Below, one piece after another: positions 1-11,613 of a stretch of 64,000 nt of DNA. Position 1 is the stretch's first letter, and each line of letters starts with the position of its first letter. Made by a program: the position numbers and the translations under genes. The stretch is from Octopus sinensis (taxonomy: Eukaryota), in the NCBI RefSeq assembly GCF_006345805.1, contig NC_043004.1, forward strand, positions 58,776,001 through 58,840,000, given 5' to 3'. The notes beneath the pieces were generated by a model. That model was given only the letters and a program-made list of their open reading frames with translations, had not been told where the DNA came from and searched no databases.

Positions 1-1126
<1,126 letters not shown>

Positions 1127-1654
1127 TGTACAAGCATATATACACATACAAACATACTATCATATTTTAGTGGCAGAGTGTGTGGAGAAACTATGTGATG
1201 TCTCTTAACTCACAAATTGTCACTGAATCCACAAATATGACAAGAGAAGAGAAGAATAAATGTAAACCATGAATATTCACATAAATATTTATACTGTTTT
1301 ATATGCCACAATTAAAACATTTATCTCTTGCAGCACTTCCTATCATTCTTCCATTTGAGGAAATAGTGTGTGTAATTCTCTGTGAGTTTTTGCTTCCTAT
1401 ACTGAAAGAATAGTTTCTTTAAACCATAGTAGAACATTAAAGATGCATTTTAATTTTCTTAATATTTTATCTTGATCAAGGTTATGAGAGTATTCAATAA
1501 AAGTAACGATGCTGATGGTCACTGCCATCGATTTTGATGTATGAGTGTTTGAAGGAGAAGATTAAAAGAAAGAAAAAAAGTTGCATCTATTTGTGGTAGA
1601 TGCCTGAATGTAATTTCATTTCAGGTATGGATCCTGCAACGAAATCTGAGTTGA

Positions 1655-1815
1655 AATGTCACTGGTATCAAACTTGTCTTTCATCTTCTTGAGGGTCAAC
1701 AAAATAAGTACCACTTAAGTACTGGGGCTGATGTGATTGATTAACCCTCTCCCCATAAAAATTTCAGGCCTTGTGTTTATAATAGAAAGAATTATTATTA
1801 TTGTTATTATTATTG
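1655..1815 (+). mobile_element. SINE family B (subtype B2, (ATT)n tail), partial and degenerate
   Basis: CTTTCATC..GGGTCAACAAAATAAGTACC..ACTGGGG..AATTTCAGGCCTTGTG..AGAAAGAATTATT matches copies at 16857 and 10590. Confidence 0.7.
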
Positions 1816-1816
1816 T

Positions 1817-2260
1817 TTTCTATTTATCACAGGCTTTGTTGGAGCTCCTGGAGCCTTGCATGCGTAGCGGGCTTCCTACTTGCAGCTTACGGTACCATGC
1901 CACTTGTTCTTTTCAGCTAATACTTTCCTTATTATTCTGGCCGTGCCAAGGAGGCAAACCTCTTGTAACAGTTCTACTGGGCACTCTATTTCAATTTCCT
2001 TTATATTCCTCTTGATACTGTTCCCAAGGACCCAACAATAATTGACACTTTCTCCACCTTCTTTATTTTCCATAGCCAGGCTATTTTGTACTTAAGAGGG
2101 TTATATCTCTCTATCTTTTCATCTTCCTTTTTGACTATTCATGGCTCAAAGGGGCATGCAACATCAACTGCATAGCATATGTGGTGCACCTTGTCCTCCA
2201 CCACTAGGTCCGGTCTGTTATGCTCTAGCACCTGATCTGTTTGGATTAGGAAATCCCATT
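1817..2260 (-). mobile_element. R4/Dong-clade (restriction-like endonuclease) LINE, 3' fragment
   Basis: Minus strand WDFLIQTDQVLEHNRPDLVVEDKVHHICYAVDVACPF...ELLQEVCLLGTARIIRKVL (PD-D RLE motif and typical C-terminus). Ends in (AAT)n. Confidence 0.85.
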
Positions 2261-2285
2261 ATATATAATAATAATATTATATATT

Positions 2286-2693
2286 AGACGCAGGAGTGGC
2301 TGTGTGATAAGTAGCTTGCTAACCAACCACATGGTTCTGGGTTCAGTCCCACTGCGTAACATCTTGGGCAAGTGTCTTCTGCTATAGCCCCGGGCCGACC
2401 AATGCCTTGTGAGTGGATTTGGCAGATGGAAACTGAAAGAAGCCTGTCGTATATATGTATATATATATATGTATGTGTGTGTGTGTGTTTGTCCCCCTAG
2501 CATTGCTTGACAACCGATGCTGGTGTGTTTACGTCCCCGTCACATAGCGGTTCGGCAATAGAGACCAATAGAATAAGTACTGGGCTTACAAAGAATAAGT
2601 CCCGGGGTCGATTTGCTCAACTAAAGGCAGTGCTCCAGCATGGCCGCAGTCAAATGACTGAAACAAGTAAAAGAGTAAAAAAGTAAAAGAGTA
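2286..2693 (+). mobile_element. SINE family A (tRNA head, CORE-like segment, internal microsatellite, GTAAAAGA tail)
   Basis: Head CAGGAGTGGCTGTGTG..GGTTCAGTCCCAC, CTTGGGCAAGTGTCTT, tail CCAGCATGGCCGCAGTCAAATGACTGAAACAAGTAAAAGAG. About 13 near-complete copies in the window. Confidence 0.9.
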
Positions 2694-2698
2694 TATAA

Positions 2699-2752
<54 letters not shown>

Positions 2753-3325
2753 CATTATTATTAAAGAACAACAACAATAATAATAGCAATAATCTTTTCT
2801 AAAATAGGACCAAGGTTTAGGATAGAGTCAAGCATTAGTCTGGTTCACGTGTTTAGTGTTGTGCTGCATGTATGTATATGCGACAGACAATGTTCAAGCA
2901 AGGTTATGTGTAACAGGATTTATATCATCATATTTTACAGAGGTACATGCTAAATGATATAAAAGGTGTATAAACTGTTTGCTTCCTCATTAGTGAATTT
3001 TAGTCAGTTGGTGTGGCTAGTAATTAAGCCAGTAGTTATTGTAGGTTAAAGGTTCATGCTGAAAGAATAGAGAATGGTACTTGTGTATGAAATGTGTAGC
3101 TGCGTGGTTGTGAGAGGTGGGCTATCAGTGCACATCCCTCCAGTCACCCTGTCACATGCATCATGAGAGATGACAACAAATCATGTCTTTGCAATATTCA
3201 TCCCTTCTTACCATTTACCCATTCTGATTGTTAGATATCATTTTTCTCTTCCATTACTCCCTCTCTGAAACCTTGCTTTTATTTGTTTCTTCGGTTTTTC
3301 AATTACATAGTATTCACACCATTGT

Positions 3326-3800
3326 ATTTTATTTTATTTTATTTTATTTTATCTAGTTTCAGCTCACGAGCTGTGGCCATGCTGGGGCACTGCCATTTGG
3401 TGTTGCTACATGATTTTACTTCATGAATGCTTTTTAGCAAATGCCATCTGGAGCATGAGAGAGTTCGATGCAGCTGCCCTCATCTGCACCTCCTGCCGTG
3501 AAGTTGGTTCATCTAGGACACCTGACAGGGTGCATGAGAGAGTTCGATGCAGCAGCCCTCATCTGCACCTCCTGCCGTGAAGTTGGTTCATCTGGGACAC
3601 CTGACAGGAAGAGATCCAGTTTCATTTTAAAGACATCTGCATCCACCCCATGCAGGTCTCTTAGGTTCTTCGGGAGGATATTGAAGAGCAGTGGGCCTCT
3701 GAAGCCCAGGCTATCACAGTATCTTGACCTACATCTTGATGGCAAATTTGGAGTCCTTAGCACTATGCAGTGGCGCCCAGTTCTAGTATGTTTGATTATT
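3326..3800 (-). mobile_element. CR1/L2-superfamily LINE 3' end with a 79-bp internal tandem duplication
   Basis: ORF 3509-3763 SLGFRGPLLFNILPKNLRDL..FKMKLDLFLSGVPDEP; 3' UTR and (AAAAT)n tail at 3326-3350. Confidence 0.8.
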
Positions 3801-4303
3801 TTGTGTGATTTATAAAAGATCTAATCTAGGGAGAGAAATATTTTTTGGAAACAATGAAGTTTTAAAAATCAGCCTTAGATCCCATTTCCATGGAGTTCCA
3901 TTTCACTCCTTGTGTGCTATCATCTTCAATAAAGTAAAAGTTTGTTTATCTATAAATTCAGTAGACTAAGAGACATGATTGTGTTGTTTCATAACCACAT
4001 AGTTACAGATTTGGCTCCACCATTCAGCAGCTTGCGTAAGTATCTTTTACCATAACTTTTGTGTTGACCAATAGCTTTTAAGTGGAATTAGATGGAAAGT
4101 GGGCAGCATGTACATATATAAATGTGTGTGTATGTGTGTGAGCTTATTTTTCACTGATGCATATATATCTATGAAAGATATAAATCTCCCCACAAACAAA
4201 AATTACTCTCTTGTCACTTTCACTATTGGAACTGCAGTAAAAGACATTTAACTGTCCATCAGTATCCTGTAACTAACAGCACCATTGTTCACAAATTGCA
4301 ATA

Positions 4304-4802
4304 TCTTTATATATAAAAGTCAAGTTGTGTGTCTGTCTCCTACGATTTAGATTCCTAACTACTCCCACATTTTGCGGTGCAGTTTAACCAAAACCGGGTA
4401 TCTTATAGTCATGATCCATATCGAGCCCTTCTGGGTATTAGTGTGCATCTATGATGAGTCTACAATTTAAAAAAAAATTTACCGTCATTTTTTTCCATTT
4501 TAATGCATTTTTTCGCTATTAAATAAGAGAAGTAACTCTCTAAAAATGTCTACGATGAGTCAACGATTTTAAAAAAAAATTTACCATCATTTTTTTCCAT
4601 TTTAATGCATTTTTTTCGTTATTATATAAGGGAAGTAACTCTCTAAAAATGTCTACGATGAGTCAATGATTTAAAAAAAAATTTACCATCATTTTTTTTC
4701 CATTTTTAATGCATTTTTTTGCTATTTTTTGGCTATAACTCTAAAAATGCTTATATAATTATTTCCCTTACAAACCCGAGCAACGCCAGGTGATACTGCT
4801 AG
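4304..4802 (+). mobile_element. Non-autonomous Helitron with three ~102-bp internal repeats
   Basis: 5' TCTTTATATATAAAAG; 3' CCCGAGCAACGCCAGG hairpin plus CTAG; inserted between A4303 and T4803; sister copy at 57917-58324. Confidence 0.9.
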
Positions 4803-5795
4803 TAAAAGATATAAAATAACTAGCTAAAAATACGTTCAAAGCAGCTCTTTTGATGATATCCTGCATTGTTTTAAACCTTCACCAGTTCTCATCTGCTACA
4901 AAGTTGCAGCCTTCTTGGAAAGAAAGGATTAAAGCTGCCATTCACCATTATGAATGAATGATTGAAAGATTTCTTTCTCAGAGACAATGTTCTTATCTAT
5001 CATGAAATTTGATTGATCCACATGATCCTAGTCTATTACCAATAACTAATCTTATTGACAGTGTTGAAATATGAATGAAGGACATTGACTTACCAAACTA
5101 AGGACATTAAATTCCTCTCTATCTGCCTGGATGGCCTCATTTCTTCACTAAATGTTATTTAAGTAAATAGTTTAAATTTATTGTTCACTAGAAAACTTTG
5201 ATTTGTATTGCTTTTAACAAGTTTCTGGCCCTCCCTCCAGACTCTGCAGCAAAATCCTCCAAATTACTTTTAAATATCTCAACAAAATACTCAGTGGCTT
5301 TTCAATACTTTGAACTAATGACTTGTGACAAATAGCTTCAGGTGATTATAACTGATATATTTTAAACTTGAACAACCAAGAAAGAATTGGCTACTGGTTG
5401 AGCTTAGTGTACTGCTTTCAGTTTGAAAGGTTTTAACAATGACCAGAAATCAAATTGACAGCAGTAACTCTGGGATTAAGAAGATTGAATTAACTATAAA
5501 AGAAAGAAAATTCCTTGTTATATGAGAAAGGATTTAGCATCAGATTTGTGATAAAGAAAAGAAGAAACTGTCTGTATTAATCAGTGACTGCAATATTAAG
5601 AATATAGAATTTGTATTTGAAGTGAAACTTCTTCATATCAGGACATCAATATTCAAATAATATAGCAGAGAATAAAAGAAGAGGAAAATTGCTGTAATCA
5701 ATATAAAGTAAGTGCATGCTAGAGGTTAAATGAAAGGTTTCACAAAGTAAAAATAACATATAAAGAGAATCAAGTTTCATTGATCTTCAGAATGC

Positions 5796-5796
<1 letters not shown>

Positions 5797-5840
<44 letters not shown>

Positions 5841-5917
5841 TATATATATAGATATATATATAGATAGATATATATATAGATATATAGATATATAGATATA
5901 TATATATATATATATAT

Positions 5918-5953
<36 letters not shown>

Positions 5954-5980
5954 CAAAAGAAAGAGAGAGAGAGAGAGAGA
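5797..5980. repeat. (TA)n/(GATA)n/(GA)n microsatellite
   Basis: Direct reading. Confidence 0.95.
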
Positions 5981-6299
5981 TGACCTGCTTGTTAGGTACT
6001 AGGGTGGGTTAATGACTTGTAGTTCTTAGCTAAAATCTTGCTTAAGTTGATTGATTTATTTTGTCTGTCCAAGGATGATAGACTTAGAAACCAATGACAA
6101 ACAGTGGTTAACTAATAAAATAGATTTCTCTCTCTCTCCTCGTGACTACAGCTATTGGCAATCAGGGACTTCCACACCAGAATCTGAAGATTCATGATTT
6201 TTCTTCAGAAATATACTACCTTCTTCCAGTCTATTTATGATTTACTCAGCTAGTCCCTGGTTTTCTTGAGCTTTCTCTTGAGGCACAGAGACTTTTTAA

Positions 6300-6570
6300 T
6301 TCTTAGGCAGGGAGACTGGTTAAGTAACACCAGAGCATATTCACACACCTGGTAGACCTGTGACACATGTCAACAGAATAACTCCTCAGAGTTCTATTTG
6401 CCTTAGCCACAGGACCATCTTCTATGATTTGATGCATTACTGGAGCCCTTGACAGACAGTCACACCAGGAGAGATTGAACCTGGGAGTATTGGTGACCGA
6501 CCGAGGAGTAACTCTATACTCCCCAAAACTCTGAAACCTCAAGCTGGACTCTCACCATTAGATACAGTTG
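6300..6570. repeat. Old unclassified dispersed repeat (family F)
   Basis: Shares GCCCTTGA..ACCTGGGA..ACTCCCCAAAACT with ~18250-18500; reverse-complement trace GGTTTTGGGGAGT near 9773. Confidence 0.5.
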
Positions 6571-6914
6571 CCTGTATATATAAAATTGCTTGTTTGAGGA
6601 CAACCTGCAGCTATGTCTAAAGGACCTTCATGCCAAATTTGAACATGGTTAACTGGTTTCTGGGTGCATTGGGAACAAACAGACTAACAAGCAAGCAATT
6701 CTACATGTGTGTGTGTGTGTGTATTTGTGTATATGTATACACACATATATATATATATATACATACATACACAGGGTGCGATGGGTAAATTGTCACCATT
6801 TTATATTTTTAATTTCATGCATGCACATTGTCTGTTTTTGATTTTGCTGACTACACAGTATAGTAGAGAAATAGAGCAGCTCAACATCACCATGAAGAAA
6901 GTGAAGCTCAAACG

Positions 6915-7599
6915 CCTCAAAGGCTATGTGAACAGAGAGCAAAAACAGAAGATTCATGCTTTAAAAATGTTGCCAAGTGCAGTACTCCCTGGATGTGGAG
7001 CAGGCAATAATGTATTCATTACGAGAATTCCATTAATACCTACTGGTTTATCAGTACAATTTAAAAGAGTACAGTTTCCAATTAGACTAAGTTTTGTGAT
7101 GCCCATCACAAGGAAAGACCCTGTCACCAACTGGTTTACAATTAAAGGAGCCTTACTTCTCTCATGGACAATTGTATATTGGATGCTCATGAGCTGGAAG
7201 TTCAAAAACTTGTTTTCCTTTATGCTCCACTAGGAAAAACTCATAATGTTCTGTATAAAGAAGTTTTATCATAACTTGCTTTTATGTATTTTCTATTTCA
7301 AGCATATTATTGTTATTGATCTCACAGAATTTGTTATGCCAGTAATTTTAAAATCACTAATTACAATAACTGTTAAGAGAAAACTCGTATACTCTTACTC
7401 TTTTTACTTGTTTCAGTCATTTGACTGCGGCCATGCTGGAGCACCGCCTTTAGTCGAGCAAATCGACCCCAGGACTTATTCTTTGTAAACCCAGTACTTA
7501 TTCTATCGGTCTCTTTTGCCGAACCGCTAAGTGACGGGGATGTAAACACACCAGCATCGGTTGTCAAGCAATGCTAGGGGGACAAACATAAACACACAA

Positions 7600-7651
<52 letters not shown>

Positions 7652-7874
7652 GACAGGCTTCTTTCAGTTTCCGTCTACCAAATCCACTCACAAGGCATTG
7701 GTCGGCCCGGGGCTATAGCAGAAGACACTTGCCCAAGATGCCACGCAGTGGGACTGAACCCGGAACCATGTGGTTGGTTAGCAAGCTACTTACCACACAG
7801 CCACTCCTGATCAAATTTTTGAATGAAATCTCATTATTATCTTTAACCCAAGAAATGCTGAGTACTTCTGCTAG
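6915..7874 (+). mobile_element. Decayed autonomous Helitron 3' part (PIF1-like helicase C-terminus), interrupted by a SINE A
   Basis: PGCGAGNNVFITRIPLIPTGLSVQFKRVQFPIRLSF, then in another frame GKTL..GLQLKEPYFSHGQLYIGCS*AG..KTHNVLYKEVL* (stop near 7273). Terminus ACCCAAGAAATGCTGAGTACTTCTGCTAG|T at 7874. Confidence 0.85.
7389..7809 (-). mobile_element. SINE family A
   Basis: Reverse complement of family A. Confidence 0.9.
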
Positions 7875-7875
7875 T

Positions 7876-8062
7876 TCATCATCATCATCATTTAGCGTCC
7901 GTTTTCCATGCTAGCATGGGTTGGACGGTTCAACTGGGGTCTGTGAAGCCGGAAGGCTTCATCAGGCCCAGTCAGATTTGGCAGTGTTTCTACGGCTGGA
8001 TGCCCTTCCTAACGCAAACCACTCCGTGAGTGTAGTGGGTGCTTTTTACGTGCCACCTGCAC
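7876..8062 (-). mobile_element. RTE 3' UTR end with (ATG)n tail (short truncated copy)
   Basis: Matches 14560-14746: GGCGTTAGGAAGGGCATCCAGC..CCAACCCATGCTAGCATGGAAA. Confidence 0.85.
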
Positions 8063-8334
8063 TAGTTAACTTATAAAAATAAAATAGATATCAACAGCAA
8101 AGGAGTGGTTAACTTACAAAATAAAGGAGTTCATTGAAAAGTCACACTAGTTTGATGACTCATATGAAATCTATTGTTGTCCAATTGTTATTGACCCTGA
8201 TCATCACCTGTTTTCTTGGATTCACCCATTACCCATCCATCTATCTTCTTCACCCACTATTCTTTGGAGGGTTGTGGGAGCAGAGTCCTCCAGTACCTCT
8301 TCTGCTAGGCCCTATCAGAAGCAACTGTCATTAA

Positions 8335-8551
8335 CCCTTTAGCATTCAGATTATTCTGTCAAATGTAATACTTATTTATTCATATTGTTTTGAATCTATT
8401 CTGCATTCTCTTGTAATCTTGAGATTTCGATGTGATTGTTTATGTTCAAAATGACATAGTAGGGTAGGTGTGAGATGTCATATATGGCCAGTTTGAACTT
8501 AAAACAGGTAGAATATTTTGGCCAGATATGGTCAGTTTAAATGCTAAAGGA
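8335..8551. mobile_element. piggyBac-type MITE
   Basis: TTAA flanks (8331-8334 and 8552-8555); termini CCCTTTAGCATT / AATGCTAAAGG; related copies at 46049 and 51356. Confidence 0.8.
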
Positions 8552-8559
8552 TTAAACTC

Positions 8560-8800
8560 TCTGGATGGATTTCCTGGCATGACCAACAGAGAATATGGAT
8601 ATTACTCAACCATTTCATTCTTGGTCTACATTAGGTCTCCTACCAATTGGATCTGCTTGAAAAAATCTATCTTGTAATTCTTTTCTATGATATTCTACTC
8701 CTGTTGTATCAGAGATGTAACCTCTCAATGCAGGAAAGTGACAGCTCAATCTTCTCTTGAGCCATGCTTTCTGTAAAGCAACATTCCCAAAGGTATGAAA
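8560..8800 (-). mobile_element. Very old LINE (RTE-like) C-terminal remnant
   Basis: Minus strand ..FFQADPIGRRP / RPRMKWLSNI.. resembles the GRPRxRW LINE C-terminus. Confidence 0.5.
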
Positions 8801-10518
8801 TAGGTTTGATTCCAAGTCTGAGAGGCATAGCATGCCCTTAGATAAGGTGCTTTACTTCCCATTGTTTTAATTCAATCAGCTGAAGAAAAAAGAAGTATGA
8901 AGACAAATGGAACACTTGGTCAGTGTCAAGTTAGGTCAGCAGCATTAATGTGTTAATAGTATGATTAAATGCCTTCAAGTATGAAGACGGATACATCGAA
9001 TGTGGACAGCTATATTCTATTATTATTATTTTTATAAAACAACTTACTGCCCTTTATTAAACATTCAATCAACAAACACAAACAAATAATATCAGGGTTA
9101 TTCTTTAAACTAGCTGAATGTATATAGAAGCCATGGACATATAACAAGATGTATTTTAATCTTGTGATTTGACTAAATACTCAACAGAAGTCACAGTTGC
9201 TTATGTCCACTCATCCAGTCATATGTTATTGTAATTTACTTGTGTGTGTGTGTGTGTGTGCATGCATATGTACAAAAGCAAACATGTACATGTGTGTGTG
9301 TATATCAACATTATTCAATGCCCATTTTCATGCTGGCATGGGTTGGATGGTTTGACCAGAGCTGGTAAGCCAGAGAGCTACACCAGGCTTTGTTTGTCTG
9401 TATTGGCTCTATTTCTACAGCTGGATGCCCTTCCTAATGCCAACCTACAATATTCTGTATATATACATGTAGTATCTAAGCTTTATGCAATACCAAGGAC
9501 ATCATTTATATATTCTTTCTACTACAGATGCAAGTTCTGAAATTTCAGGGGAAGAAGCTAGTTGATTGCATCAACCCTGGTGCTCAAATAGTACATGTTT
9601 TATCAATCCCAAAAAGATGAAAGGCAAATTCGACCCCATGGGAATCTGAATTCAGTATGTACTGAATTGGAAGAACTGCTACTAAGCATTTTGTCCTGTG
9701 TGCTAACAATTCTAAAAGATTTTTTTATCATTTAGTCAAGAAGAAAGTGCAGTGCCCATAGTCCCTTTACAGGGTTTTGGGGAGTAATAGAAAGGAAGAA
9801 GATATCTTCAAGCTAAAAGTCTGGCCAAAATACTTGCAATAGAGTGGACTCCGTTAAAGGCACCTGAGGATCCAGGTGCTGAGTGTTTAACTGGATGAGG
9901 GACTGGGTCAACACTCAAGTAAGCCACAGCAGGATTTGAACTCAGTATCAAAGAATCTGAACAAAGACTGTAAGGCATCTCTTCAGTGTCTCTAAATTTT
10001 CTGCCCGCTCACCACAGTAGACTGGTACTTATATCAACCTCAGAGAGACGAAAGGTGAAATTCATCCTGGCAGAATAAAAATTTACTTCAGCAGGGTTTT
10101 AAATCAGAACAGATGCCCATGTAATGTTGTGGTGATATTTTTGTCATTGTTAAAGCTTCTATAATTCATTGTAATCAATCCATAAGATACTTTTTTTTAA
10201 AGCTTTCAATCGTATGTTGTTTTTTTTATCCATAACATATATTTTCAATTAAGCCATTATCTGTGGGATCCTTTCAATTTTTCTGGATTGTTTTCTTTTT
10301 TGCATTTCTTTTTTTTTCTTTTTTCTTTTCTTTTTTTTTTTTTTGAAAAGCAAGCATTTTTCACATTCAATAAGACTTATGTTAAGTGCAGATATAGCAG
10401 TGTGATTAGAAATTTGCTTCCCTACCATATGGGCTCCAGGTTCAGTCCCACTGTGTGGCACCTTGCCAAAGGTCTTCGGAGTGGATTTGGTAGCTGGAAA
10501 CTGAAAACAGAAGCCCAT

Positions 10519-10553
<35 letters not shown>

Positions 10554-10589
10554 GAATGTTTGTCACTGTTTCCTTGACTTAGCAATATA

Positions 10590-10760
10590 TGTTAACTGTT
10601 TCATCTGTCTTTGCATTCTGAGTTCAATTTCCGCCAAGGTTGACTTTGCCTTTCATCCCTTCAGAGTCGATAAATTAAGTACCAGTTGCATACTGGGGTT
10701 GATCTAATCAACTGGCCCCTCCCAAAAAATTTTGAGCCTTGTTCCTAGAGTAGAAAAGAA
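10590..10760 (+). mobile_element. SINE family B2, partial
   Basis: TTCTGAGTTCAATTTCCGCC..GACTTTGCCTTTCATCC..GTCGATAAATTAAGTACCAG. Confidence 0.8.
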
Positions 10761-11084
10761 TATATGGTACCTGTAAACAAGTGTCACTGTCATTCAAGCA
10801 GTGTCCTTTATATCCAATATTCTGTGAGAATATATTTAGTCATGGGACAATGCTCCAGCATGGCCATATCCCACAGTAACACACTGAGTGTGTGTCTAGT
10901 TAAATGGGAATAAAAATAAAGAAAAATGGCCGTGTTTCAGAAGAGCAGATTTTTTATGGTTTAGCAAGGATGCTTTAGATGGTATGATTTCAAATACATT
11001 TTGTTATTTTTTATTTTGTAGTATTTATCTATTTTTTAAAATTTCTTATTTGCAGCCATGTTTATCGACCATATTAGGGTAATC

Positions 11085-11168
11085 ACTTGTTCTTTCTCAA
11101 TCTCTCTCTCTCTCTCACTCTCTCTTTTACATATGCATACACACTCTCTCTCTCTCTCTCTGTATATA

Positions 11169-11201
<33 letters not shown>

Positions 11202-11283
11202 ATATACGCATATAATATATAATGAAAATACGTATTATATGCAAATTATGTATGTGTATATATACATGTATGTATGTATGAAT

Positions 11284-11314
<31 letters not shown>

Positions 11315-11407
11315 TCATGTGTGTGTATAGTATGTATGTATATATATCTATATACACACATATAGATATTATATATACTTCCATATATATATGTGTGTGT
11401 GTGTGTG

Positions 11408-11452
<45 letters not shown>

Positions 11453-11610
11453 TTAAATACATATATACATACATACATGTGTGTGTGTATTATGTATTAT
11501 GTATGTATGTATATACGCATGTAATATATAATGAAAATACATATTATATGCATATTATGTATGTGTATATATACATGTATGAATATATATATATATAAAT
11601 ATATATATAC
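11085..11610. repeat. Composite microsatellite with a ~309-bp local duplication
   Basis: TATACGCAT..AATGAAAATAC..TATTATATGCA at ~11203-11232 and ~11512-11542. Confidence 0.8.
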
Positions 11611-11613
11611 ATG

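Noticed and set aside
5093-5146. 54-nt minus-strand exon candidate (EEMRPSRQIERNLMSLV) with a GTAAGT donor
   Set aside because: Poor acceptor tract, no recognisable homology and no supporting neighbouring exons.
8615-8833. 72-aa ORF as a host exon
   Set aside because: An adjacent frame gives RPRMKWLSNI, so a decayed LINE C-terminus explains it better.
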